Position numbers and translations under genes: made by a program. A DNA stretch of 64,000 nucleotides from Alphaproteobacteria bacterium (GTDB lineage Bacteria; Pseudomonadota; Alphaproteobacteria; UBA828). The notes beneath the pieces were generated by a model. That model did no database searches. It saw only the letters and a list, made by a program, of their open reading frames with translations, and was not told the origin of the DNA. This document shows, in pieces, positions 18,300-28,236 of this stretch. Numbering within the stretch: the stretch's first letter is position 1; each line of letters starts with the position of its first letter. The stretch covers positions 2,944,001 to 3,008,000 of the forward strand of contig OZ243972.1 in the NCBI GenBank assembly GCA_965214705.1, given 5' to 3'.

Positions 18300-20660
18300 A
18301 TGGCGCACGTCGGCGCGGCGCACACACGCCTTGAAGACGATCGCTTTCTGACCGGCCGGGGCCGGTTCGTGGACGACATCCGCCTGCCGGGGGAGGCGGA
18401 TGCGGCCTTCGTCCGCAGCCCCCATGCCCGCGCCCGCATCGGGACGATCGACACGGGCCGGGCGCGCGCCATGCCGGGGGTGCTGGCGGTGCTCACCGGC
18501 GAGGACTGGCGCCGCGACGGCGGCGGCGAGACCGACGTGCTGTGGGACATCAACTCCCACGACGGCACACCGATGAACATTGCCCGCCGGCCGATCTTCG
18601 CTTCCGGCGAGGCCCGTCATGTGGGCGACACGGTGGCCCTCGTCGTCGCGGAAGACCCGCACGCCGCCGCCGACGCTGCGGCCGCCGTCGAGGTCGCGTG
18701 GGAGCCGCTCCCCTCCATCACCGAACTGGCGGCGTCGGTGGAGCCGGACGCGCCGCTGGTCCACGAAGGGTTCGGCAGCAACGTCGCTTACGACTGGCGG
18801 CTCGGCGATGCCGAGGCGACGGAGGCTGCGTTCGCCGCCGCCGCCCACGTCACGTCGCTCACGCTGAACAACAATCGCCTCGCGCCTTCCGCCATGGAGC
18901 CGCGCGCGGCCATCGGCGCGTACGATCGTGCCGACGGGCGCTACACCCTCTGGTCCACCACGCAGAACCCGCATCTGGTCCGCCAGTGGCTCTCGCGCGA
19001 CACGCTGCGCGCGCCCGAGCACGCGATCAGGGTGGTGGCGCCCGATGTCGGCGGCGGCTTCGGCCAGAAGACCTATCACTACCCCGAGGAGGCGAGCCTG
19101 CCCTGGGCCGCGCGGCTGGTGGGCCGGCCGGTGCGCTGGACCGCGACCCGTGCTGAGACGCTCGCGGTGGACATCCACGCCCGCGACCACGTGACCGAGG
19201 CGCGCATGGCCTTCGACGCCGACGGCCGCATCGCCGCCGTCGAGGCCACCATCGTCGCCAATCTCGGCGCCTATCAGAGCCAGTTCGCCGCCTGCATCCC
19301 GACGCTCTTCTGCGTCACCATGTTCTCCGGCCAGTACGCGATCCCCGCGCTGCACTGCCGGGTGCTCGGCGTCTACACCAACACCACGCCGATCGACGCC
19401 TATCGCGGCGCCGGCAATCCCGAGATCACCTACGTCATCGAGCGGCTGATCGAGAACGGGGCGCGGGAAATGGCCGGCGATTCGGTCGAGGCCCGCGCGC
19501 GCAACCTCGTGCCTGCCGCCGCCATGCCTTATGCGAGCGCGACCGGCGTCACCTACGACGTGGGCGACTTCCCGGCGGTGCTCGGCAAGGCCCGCGCGCT
19601 GGCCGATCTCGACGCGCTCAGGGCCGAGCAGGCGAGGCTCCGGGAAGACGGCGTGCTGATGGGGGTCGGCATGGCCGCCTTCATCCGCTCCGGCGGCGCC
19701 GGGCCGAGCCGGCTTGCCGCAGCCCTCGGCAGCCGCATGGGGCTTTGGGATGTCGCCACCGTGCGGATCCATCCCAGCGGCAAGATCACCGTTCTCTGCG
19801 GCAGCCACAACCACGGCCAGTCCCACGCCACGACCTACGCGCAGATCGTCGCGGACCGCTTCGGCTGCGACATGGCCGATATCGAGGTCGTCGAAGGCGA
19901 TACCGACCGGATTCCCCACGGCCTCGGCACCTGGGCCTCGCGCTCGATCACCGTGGTGGGTTCCGCGCTGGCCGTGGCCTCCGATCGCATCATCGACAAG
20001 GGCCGCCGCCTTGCCGCCCACCTGATGGAATGCGCGGTGGACGATATCGACTTTGGCGCCGGCGCCTATTCCGTGCGCGGCACCGACCGGCGCATGACCT
20101 TCGTCGAGATCGCCGATATGGCCTATCGCGGCGCCGACTACCCGGATGGCTTCGAGCTCGGGCTGGAGGAGGCGGCGTTCTTCGATCCCGACGACTTCAA
20201 CTATCCCTACGGCACCCATGTCGCCACCGTCACCGTCGATGCCGAAACCGACGCAGTGCGGCTCACCGGCTACTACTCGGTGGAGGACATGGGCCTCGTG
20301 ATCAACCCGCTGGTGGTGGACGGCCAGCGCCACGGCGCCGCCGCCCAGGGCATCGGCCAGGCGCTGCTGGAGGACGTGCGCTACGAGCCGGAGTCGGGCC
20401 AGTTGCTCACCGGCTCCTTCATGGACTACACGATACCCCGCGCCGACGATCTGCCCGACTTCACCCTGGACGGCCACGTCACGCTGACCAAGACCAACCC
20501 GCTCGGCGTCAAGGGCGTGGGCGAGCTCGGCACAGCCGGGCCGCCGGCCGCGATCGGCAACGCTATCCTCGACGCGCTCTGGCACCTCGGCGTCCGCCAC
20601 GTGGAGATGCCGTTCACGGCGGAGCGCGTCTGGCGTGCGATTCGCGCGGCCTCGGCGTAG
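18300..20660 (+). CDS. Xanthine dehydrogenase/CoxL-family molybdopterin-binding large subunit
   Basis: RLEDDRFLTGRGRFVDDI, DVGGGFGQK, DAYRGAGNPE, HNHGQSH, GVKGVGELG; likely start at 18300. Confidence 0.92.
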   Translation: MAHVGAAHTRLEDDRFLTGRGRFVDDIRLPGEADAAFVRSPHARARIGTIDTGRARAMPGVLAVLTGEDWRRDGGGETDVLWDINSHDGTPMNIARRPIFASGEARHVGDTVALVVAEDPHAAADAAAAVEVAWEPLPSITELAASVEPDAPLVHEGFGSNVAYDWRLGDAEATEAAFAAAAHVTSLTLNNNRLAPSAMEPRAAIGAYDRADGRYTLWSTTQNPHLVRQWLSRDTLRAPEHAIRVVAPDVGGGFGQKTYHYPEEASLPWAARLVGRPVRWTATRAETLAVDIHARDHVTEARMAFDADGRIAAVEATIVANLGAYQSQFAACIPTLFCVTMFSGQYAIPALHCRVLGVYTNTTPIDAYRGAGNPEITYVIERLIENGAREMAGDSVEARARNLVPAAAMPYASATGVTYDVGDFPAVLGKARALADLDALRAEQARLREDGVLMGVGMAAFIRSGGAGPSRLAAALGSRMGLWDVATVRIHPSGKITVLCGSHNHGQSHATTYAQIVADRFGCDMADIEVVEGDTDRIPHGLGTWASRSITVVGSALAVASDRIIDKGRRLAAHLMECAVDDIDFGAGAYSVRGTDRRMTFVEIADMAYRGADYPDGFELGLEEAAFFDPDDFNYPYGTHVATVTVDAETDAVRLTGYYSVEDMGLVINPLVVDGQRHGAAAQGIGQALLEDVRYEPESGQLLTGSFMDYTIPRADDLPDFTLDGHVTLTKTNPLGVKGVGELGTAGPPAAIGNAILDALWHLGVRHVEMPFTAERVWRAIRAASA

Positions 20661-20685
20661 TCCAGGCGCTGCCCGCCGCGCCCCG

Positions 20686-22206
20686 TTACCACAGGAACAG
20701 GCGGTAGGCGGGATTGTCGGTCTCCTCCCGGTAGTCGTACCCCACCTGCTCCAGGAACGACTGGAAGTCGGCGCGTTCCTCCTGCGGCACCTGCAGGCCG
20801 ATCAGCACCCGGCCGTAATCCGAGCCGTGGTTGCGGTAGTGGAACATGCTGATGTTCCAGGGCCTGCGGCCCATCTGCGTGAGGAAGTGCATGAGCGCGC
20901 CCGGCCGCTCGGGAAAGTCGAAGCGATAGAGCACCTCGTCCAGCTCGCCCGGCGCGTGGCCGCCCACCATGTGGCGCACGTGGAGCTTGGCCATCTCGTT
21001 GTCGGTCAGGTCCAGGACGGGATAGCCGTCGCGCTCCAGCGCGTCCATGAGCGCGCGCTTGTCGGCGCCGGCATCGCTGATCTCCACGCCGACGAAGATG
21101 TGCGCCTCCGCCTCGTCGGCGTAGCGGTAGTTGAACTCGGTGATCGAGCGGTTGCCGATCAGCTCGCAGAAGCGCAGCAGGCTTCCGGGCCGCTCGGGGA
21201 TGGTCACCGCGAGCAGGCTCTCCCGCTGCTCGCCAAGCTGCGCCCGCTGGGCGATATGGCGGAGGCGGTCGAAGTTGACGTTGGCGCCGCTCACAACCGC
21301 CGCGAAGCGCCCGCCATCCGTTCCGCCCTCCCGCTCGACGTAGCGCTTGAGGCCCGCCACCGCGAGCGCACCCGCCGGCTCCGCGATGGAGCGGGTGTCC
21401 TCGAAGATGTCCTTGATCGCCGCGCAGATTTCGTCGGTGGAGACCAGCACGACCTCGTCGACGCATTCGCGCGCGATGCGGAAGGGCTCGGCGCCGATCT
21501 GCCTCACCGCGACGCCGTCGGCGAAGATTCCGACACTCTCCAGCACCACCCGCTCGCCTGCCGCGAGCGCCGCGTGCAGGGTCGGCGTCTCCTCTGGCTC
21601 CACGCCGACGATGCGCGTCTCCGGCCAGAGCGCCTTGATGTAGGCGGCGATGCCGGCGATCAGGCCGCCGCCGCCGACACTGACGAAGATGGCATCGAAG
21701 GGCTCGCCCTGCTGGCGCACGATCTCCATCCCCACCGTGCCCTGGCCTGCGATGACGTGCTCGTCGTCGTAGGGCGGGATCAGCACCATGCCTCGCTCGG
21801 CGGCGAGGGCCTCCGCCCTCTCCTTCGCCTCGTCGTAAGAGGAGCCGGCGAGCAGCACCTCGGCGCTGAGCCGCTCGACCGCGTCCACCTTGATGCGGGG
21901 TGCGGTCTCCGGCATGACGATGAGCGCCCGGATGCTCAGCCTGCGCGCGGCCAGCGCGACCCCTTGCGCATGATTGCCGGCGGATGACGCGATCACCCCC
22001 CGCGACCGCTCCTCGGGCGCGAGCGAGGCGAGCTTGTTGTAGGCGCCCCGCAGCTTGAACGAGAAGACCGGCTGCAGGTCCTCCCGTTTGAGCCACACCT
22101 CGCAACCGAGCCGGGAGGAGAGTTTTGGCGCACGCTCCAGAGGCGTCTCGCGCGCCACGTCGTAGACGCGCGCCTTCAGGATCTTCGTCACGTAGTCTTG
22201 GGACAT
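20686..22206 (-). CDS. ilvA: Biosynthetic threonine ammonia-lyase
   Basis: MSQDYVTKILKARVYDVA, KREDLQPVFSFKLRGAYNK, SAGNHAQG, C-terminal regulatory repeats FPERPGAL and FHYRNHG. Confidence 0.96.
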   Translation of the reverse strand: MSQDYVTKILKARVYDVARETPLERAPKLSSRLGCEVWLKREDLQPVFSFKLRGAYNKLASLAPEERSRGVIASSAGNHAQGVALAARRLSIRALIVMPETAPRIKVDAVERLSAEVLLAGSSYDEAKERAEALAAERGMVLIPPYDDEHVIAGQGTVGMEIVRQQGEPFDAIFVSVGGGGLIAGIAAYIKALWPETRIVGVEPEETPTLHAALAAGERVVLESVGIFADGVAVRQIGAEPFRIARECVDEVVLVSTDEICAAIKDIFEDTRSIAEPAGALAVAGLKRYVEREGGTDGGRFAAVVSGANVNFDRLRHIAQRAQLGEQRESLLAVTIPERPGSLLRFCELIGNRSITEFNYRYADEAEAHIFVGVEISDAGADKRALMDALERDGYPVLDLTDNEMAKLHVRHMVGGHAPGELDEVLYRFDFPERPGALMHFLTQMGRRPWNISMFHYRNHGSDYGRVLIGLQVPQEERADFQSFLEQVGYDYREETDNPAYRLFLW

Positions 22207-22317
22207 GGGGCGTGCTCGTTCGCATGGGTGCGGACGCGACCGCCGGCAACCGCCTGCGTCCGCGCCGCGACGCATTCACATGGGAACGCAGCGGAATCAA
22301 ATCAATCCACGAACTCC

Positions 22318-22457
22318 GTCATGCCCGGTCATGCCCGGTCATGCCCGGAAATGCCCTGACTCGTTCCGGGTATCCGGGTATCCGGGCATCCCTCTCCACC
22401 AACGACCACATCGTCATGCCTGGCCCCCGGATCAAGTCCGGGGGTGTTCCGCGCATC
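22318..22457. repeat. Stuttered REP-like palindromic element
   Basis: GTCATGCCCG x3 (22318-22347), TCCGGG(T/C)A x3 (22365-22388) and hairpin CCCCCGGA-TCAAG-TCCGGGGG (22424-22444). Confidence 0.7.
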
Positions 22458-22458
22458 T

Positions 22459-23160
22459 TTATCCGCCGGGCATTCCCTCTGACATGCCATGAGACGGGAA
22501 CGAATTATTGGAGCGGGACTCGCTGGGATCAGCTGGGATTGGTGGGTATAGGCGGGCTTCGGCAGGGTTCCACGGGTCCACCGGCACCGACGTGACGGTG
22601 CGGGGAGGCGGCGGGGGCCTGCCCTCCACCTCCGCGCGGATGATGGCGACCGCCTCCGGCGAGAGCCCGCCCTGGCCCTTGGCGCGGTCTGCGTCGTTCG
22701 CCGCCTTCTTCGCCGCCCGCTCCCGGTTCAGGCGCAGCTTGTCGGTGCCTTCGATGCGCTTGAGGGTGAGGGCGAGGCGGGCGAGCTCCTCCGTCGACAC
22801 GGGCTCTTCCCGTGCGCTGAGATTGGCCATGGTGGCGAGCACCATGGTCCGCAGGGCCTCGATCAGGATGAGCGCCGTGCGACCCTCGGGCCGCTCGCCC
22901 AGCGCATCCACCCACGCCTTGATGGTGCGGTCGGTCTCCTGCTGCTGGCGGATCATGTCGCGCATGTTCTTGGTGTAGCGGCCGACGGCCGAGCGCGAGC
23001 ATGTCTCGCCCTCGGCCCGGATGCGGGCGGTGATCTCGTCGATGGTGTCGCCGTCCGCGATGGCCTGATCGACGGCCTCGCGCAGCTTGGCCGGCAGGCG
23101 CTTGATGGAGGAGCGGCCGAACGCCGCGGCCGGCGTGCTCTTGGGGGTTTCGTTCTGCAT
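22459..23160 (-). CDS. Phage Mu gp27-like protein (DUF3486)
   Basis: GRSSIKRLPAKLREAVDQAI...TIDEI...SRSAVGRY N-terminus and a GLSPEAV motif. Confidence 0.72.
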   Translation of the reverse strand: MQNETPKSTPAAAFGRSSIKRLPAKLREAVDQAIADGDTIDEITARIRAEGETCSRSAVGRYTKNMRDMIRQQQETDRTIKAWVDALGERPEGRTALILIEALRTMVLATMANLSAREEPVSTEELARLALTLKRIEGTDKLRLNRERAAKKAANDADRAKGQGGLSPEAVAIIRAEVEGRPPPPPRTVTSVPVDPWNPAEARLYPPIPADPSESRSNNSFPSHGMSEGMPGG

Positions 23161-23535
23161 GGCGTGGCTGTGCTCGCGGGATGGTTTCTGGCTCATCCCG
23201 CGATGCTGCCCCGCCCCGCCCACACTTTGCACCGCACCATGGTCCGGGGCACGTTCTCGACAACCGACGAGCAGTCGATCAGGAAATGCCGGGCCGCGCA
23301 GCGGCCCGGAGCGCGCGACCGCGCGCCACGCCGTCAGGCGCGTAGACTTACGAGTATATGTATCGTTAAGCGCGCATGAGAGGACATAGAAGGACATTAT
23401 ACGAATATTTGCAATGGTTTGCTGGAATTGCGCGAAGCATTCTCCCTTTGCGAGGCGACATGAGATGACTTTCAGTCCCTTTCACGTGTTGGGCAGTGTG
23501 TTGACAGCTCGACAGCCCTATGGTCCAATGTCCCC

Positions 23536-24825
23536 ATGAAGACGACGAAGCCCGGAAAACGTGTCGCCAAGACCAAGATTACCATCAACAAGCGTGCCGT
23601 CGATGCCCTCAAGCCCGGCGACAAGCCCTGGATCGCGTGGGATGACAGGCTCACCGGCTTCGGCGTCAGGGTGCACCCCACCGGCGCCAAGTCCTTCATC
23701 GTCAACTACCGTGCGGGTGACGGCGGCAGGAAGGCGCCGAACAAGCAGGTCGTGCTCGGTCGATATGGCAAGATCGCGCCCGGTCAGGCCAGGCGCCTTG
23801 CCCAGACCACCCTCGGCAAAGTAGCCAGCGGCGAGGACCCGGCTGAGGAACGTTCGCAGGCGCGAGGGATGCCGACCCTGGCGGATGCGCTCAAGGACTA
23901 CCTGGCTGCCAATCCCAACCGCTCCGAGAACACCAACAAGCTCTACCGCTACGAGGCCGAGCGCTATCTCGGTGACTGGCTCATCCGCCCACTCGATTCC
24001 ATCACACGGCGCGAGGTGGAGGCGCGCTTCAACCGCATTACCGTGGACCACGGCTGGTCACCGGCCAACCACGCGATGTCTCTGCTGCGTTCCGTCTTCC
24101 GCCGTCCGTGCGTCGATCTCGAAGGTCTGCGCAACCCGGTCGACCTCTGGCTCGCCGCAGGCGGGAAGTTCCATCGCAAGACGCGACGCAAGATCTCCAC
24201 GCCCGCCGAGGTGCTGCCCTGTTGGCGAACCGGCATCGAGGCCGAGGTCAAGATGCCGGCCATGAGTGACGCGCTGTGGTTCGGGCTTTACACCGGCATG
24301 CGGCTGAGAGAAGTCCTGACACTACGCTGGGAGCGAGTAGACATGGCGTCGCTCACCTTCCGCGTCGAGCAGACCAAGACCCGAGTCCCTCTTGAGCTTC
24401 CGATCACCCGACAACTGGAACTTATCCTTGAGAGGCGTCGGGCGGCGAGGTCGGCGATGCCGGTCACCGTGCGGGACTGGGTATTCCCTTCTCCGGCCAG
24501 CAAGTCCGGGCATGTCGAGGACCCGCACTATCTTTACCCGCGCATCACGAAGACGGGCGGTGCGAAGTTCTGGTTCCATGCGTTCCGCAACTGCTTCATC
24601 ACGGTGGCCGAACGGGACTTGATGCTTCCCTCGCCGTTGACCAAGCGCCTTGTGAACCACGCCAGACCCAACGACGTGACGGAGGGTTACGCTGCGGACT
24701 GGACGATCGCCCAGCTCCGAGAGCCGGCTCAAAGGGTTGCCGATCGGATAGAGGCACTGATGAGCCAAGCGCCGGAGGGCACCGCCGAACAGGATGGGAT
24801 TTCAGTCGGCGCCGGGTCTGGCTGA
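23536..24825 (+). CDS. Tyrosine integrase with arm-DNA-binding domain
   Basis: WDDRLTGFGVRVHPTGAKSF arm domain; catalytic TGMR, HAFR, LVNH and TEGY all present. Confidence 0.93.
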   Translation: MKTTKPGKRVAKTKITINKRAVDALKPGDKPWIAWDDRLTGFGVRVHPTGAKSFIVNYRAGDGGRKAPNKQVVLGRYGKIAPGQARRLAQTTLGKVASGEDPAEERSQARGMPTLADALKDYLAANPNRSENTNKLYRYEAERYLGDWLIRPLDSITRREVEARFNRITVDHGWSPANHAMSLLRSVFRRPCVDLEGLRNPVDLWLAAGGKFHRKTRRKISTPAEVLPCWRTGIEAEVKMPAMSDALWFGLYTGMRLREVLTLRWERVDMASLTFRVEQTKTRVPLELPITRQLELILERRRAARSAMPVTVRDWVFPSPASKSGHVEDPHYLYPRITKTGGAKFWFHAFRNCFITVAERDLMLPSPLTKRLVNHARPNDVTEGYAADWTIAQLREPAQRVADRIEALMSQAPEGTAEQDGISVGAGSG

Positions 24826-25124
24826 GACGCGGCCGGCAAGCAATTAGTTTTCGCCCAGCGCTCTCCCTCGCAACTCGATCCTGGGTCGTCGTGGTCCGGC
24901 CCTGCCGGTCACGCCGGCCAACTCCGCGACGCCGGTCTCCGGGAGGATGCCCTCTCGCGGCCGAGCGCACGATCGCCTCTCGTATACGCCCTTCGGAGCA
25001 AGGGATCGGTGAGCCGTCCCACGCGCTGGGCAGCTCTCGGTGCCATCGCGCCTGCTTGCGATCATTGACGAAGCCGCATTGCGGGAGGGGGTATCCCGCT
25101 CCGGACTCATCGCCTGCGCGGCAC

Positions 25125-25484
25125 TCAGTTTCGTGGAACGGCGGGCGAGGGAGCGATAGAAGCGCGTGCGTTCGCCGGAGCGGGGTTGTCCGGCGGCCCG
25201 CTTCGGACCTCCCGCCACAGACGGAGGGCCAGGTCAAACTCGCCATCGACGAGCGCGACCGCGGCGCGCACGGAAACGGACGCATGGCAGCGGTGGAGTG
25301 CGCAGGCCCTGTCCGCAAGGGCGCGCGCCCGGTCGACGCAGCCGCTTGCGAGGGCGGCCGCCGCGCGGCGCCGGCACTGTGCAGCGGCCTGCTCGACGGC
25401 CAGCACCTGGCGCAGGTCGGTCCGGCAGCGGTGGCAAGATGGGCCCTCGATCCCCCTGGCGCCGCAGGTCGGGCAGTTGAGCAC
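25125..25484 (-). CDS. Zinc-ribbon + helical (TPR-like) protein
   Basis: GTG start 4 nt after the Hsp70 stop; CPTC...CHRC followed by Ala-rich helices. Confidence 0.7.
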   Translation of the reverse strand: MLNCPTCGARGIEGPSCHRCRTDLRQVLAVEQAAAQCRRRAAAALASGCVDRARALADRACALHRCHASVSVRAAVALVDGEFDLALRLWREVRSGPPDNPAPANARASIAPSPAVPRN

Positions 25485-25488
25485 CGGC

Positions 25489-27258
<1,770 letters not shown>

Positions 27259-27263
27259 CAAGA

Positions 27264-27935
27264 TCACTCCTGCCTCTCGTTGCGGTTCACGGCCACCTCG
27301 GCGAGGCGCAGAATGTCGCCGCCCCGGGTGTAGCCGCTGAGCAGCTCCTCGACCACCATGCCGCTCCCGACCCCCGCGACCCGGCGGACCTCCGCCGCGT
27401 GCATGGTGCGCGCATCGAACGGCTGGCCTGCGGTCCGCAGGCGCTCGACCCCGAACCCGGACAGCATCCGGTCGAAACGCCTGAGTGCGATCTCGTAGCC
27501 CTCGGCGACGCCGCGGATACCCCGCGGCGGGCGGCGGAACAAGCCGGGGCGTTCGCGCAGCACCGTCGCTGCCTCCAAGCCCCGGACCAGGGCGTTGCGC
27601 ACCTCGAGAGCAGAGCGCAGGCAGCGGTTCTCGGCCTCGCGCGAGACCCGCGTCTCGAATGCCGCCAGGTCGTCCTCGCGGCGCTTCATCAACGCCGCAG
27701 CGCCGTCGTAGCGTGCCGCCGCCTGGGCAAGCTCCCGGCCCGCCTTCGACTGCTCGCGGTTTTGCAGCCGGACCTCCTGGCGCAGCGCCGCAAGCTCGGC
27801 GAACAATTCGCGCAGATCTGGCTCCGGCGCTATACCGGTCCCGCCGTCGCCGCTGTCCTCCTCCTCCAGTTCGTCGAGCCAGTGCCCGAAATCCTCCAGG
27901 GCGCGGCGCTTCCAGTCGTTGTCAGGCTCACTCAT
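27264..27935 (-). CDS. GrpE-like nucleotide exchange factor
   Basis: Coiled-coil N-terminal half; GQPFDARTMHA, VVEELLSGY, ILRLAEVAV match the GrpE C-terminal pattern. Confidence 0.85.
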   Translation of the reverse strand: MSEPDNDWKRRALEDFGHWLDELEEEDSGDGGTGIAPEPDLRELFAELAALRQEVRLQNREQSKAGRELAQAAARYDGAAALMKRREDDLAAFETRVSREAENRCLRSALEVRNALVRGLEAATVLRERPGLFRRPPRGIRGVAEGYEIALRRFDRMLSGFGVERLRTAGQPFDARTMHAAEVRRVAGVGSGMVVEELLSGYTRGGDILRLAEVAVNRNERQE

Positions 27936-28233
27936 CCTCTGCGCCTTCCGCCGCAATCAGCGCCTGCAGGCCCGGGGTGGCACGCCCGCGTGGCCGCGCC
28001 TGCACCAGCGCGTCCAGAGCCAGCTCGAAATCGCCGTGCCGGGACATCCCGAACATCGCCGTCTCCACGCGCGAGCGATCGTCCTTCAGGGCTTCGTAGG
28101 CGGCCACGATCCGCTCGCTGTACGCCGGCTCCCGGCTCGGCGGATGCGCCCGGATCAGCTCGAGGTAGCGCCGGCGAACCTCCTCCCGCGAGGCGGAGGA
28201 GGAAAGCCCCAGAGCAAGATAGTGAGCCAGCAT
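27928..28233 (-). CDS. Small J-domain-like protein (HPP variant)
   Basis: HYLALGL..AS.EEVRRRY..L...HPPSR....IVAAYEALKD is the J-domain pattern with HPP instead of HPD. Confidence 0.8.
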   Translation of the reverse strand: MLAHYLALGLSSSASREEVRRRYLELIRAHPPSREPAYSERIVAAYEALKDDRSRVETAMFGMSRHGDFELALDALVQARPRGRATPGLQALIAAEGAEDE

Positions 28234-28236
28234 CGC

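Noticed and set aside
18300-20660. Aerobic CO dehydrogenase (form I CoxL)
   Set aside because: Lacks AYxCSFR (has AYRGAGN) and there are no coxM/S or accessory genes
22318-22390. CRISPR array
   Set aside because: Units are 8-10 nt tandem repeats with no spacers and no cas genes
22459-24825. Prophage (gp27-like gene plus integrase)
   Set aside because: No structural, terminase or lysis genes anywhere in the window
24844-25120. Possible eroded Fic/Doc fragment (CGFVNDRKQA resembling HGFVDGNKRTA)
   Set aside because: Similarity too short and weak to support without a search
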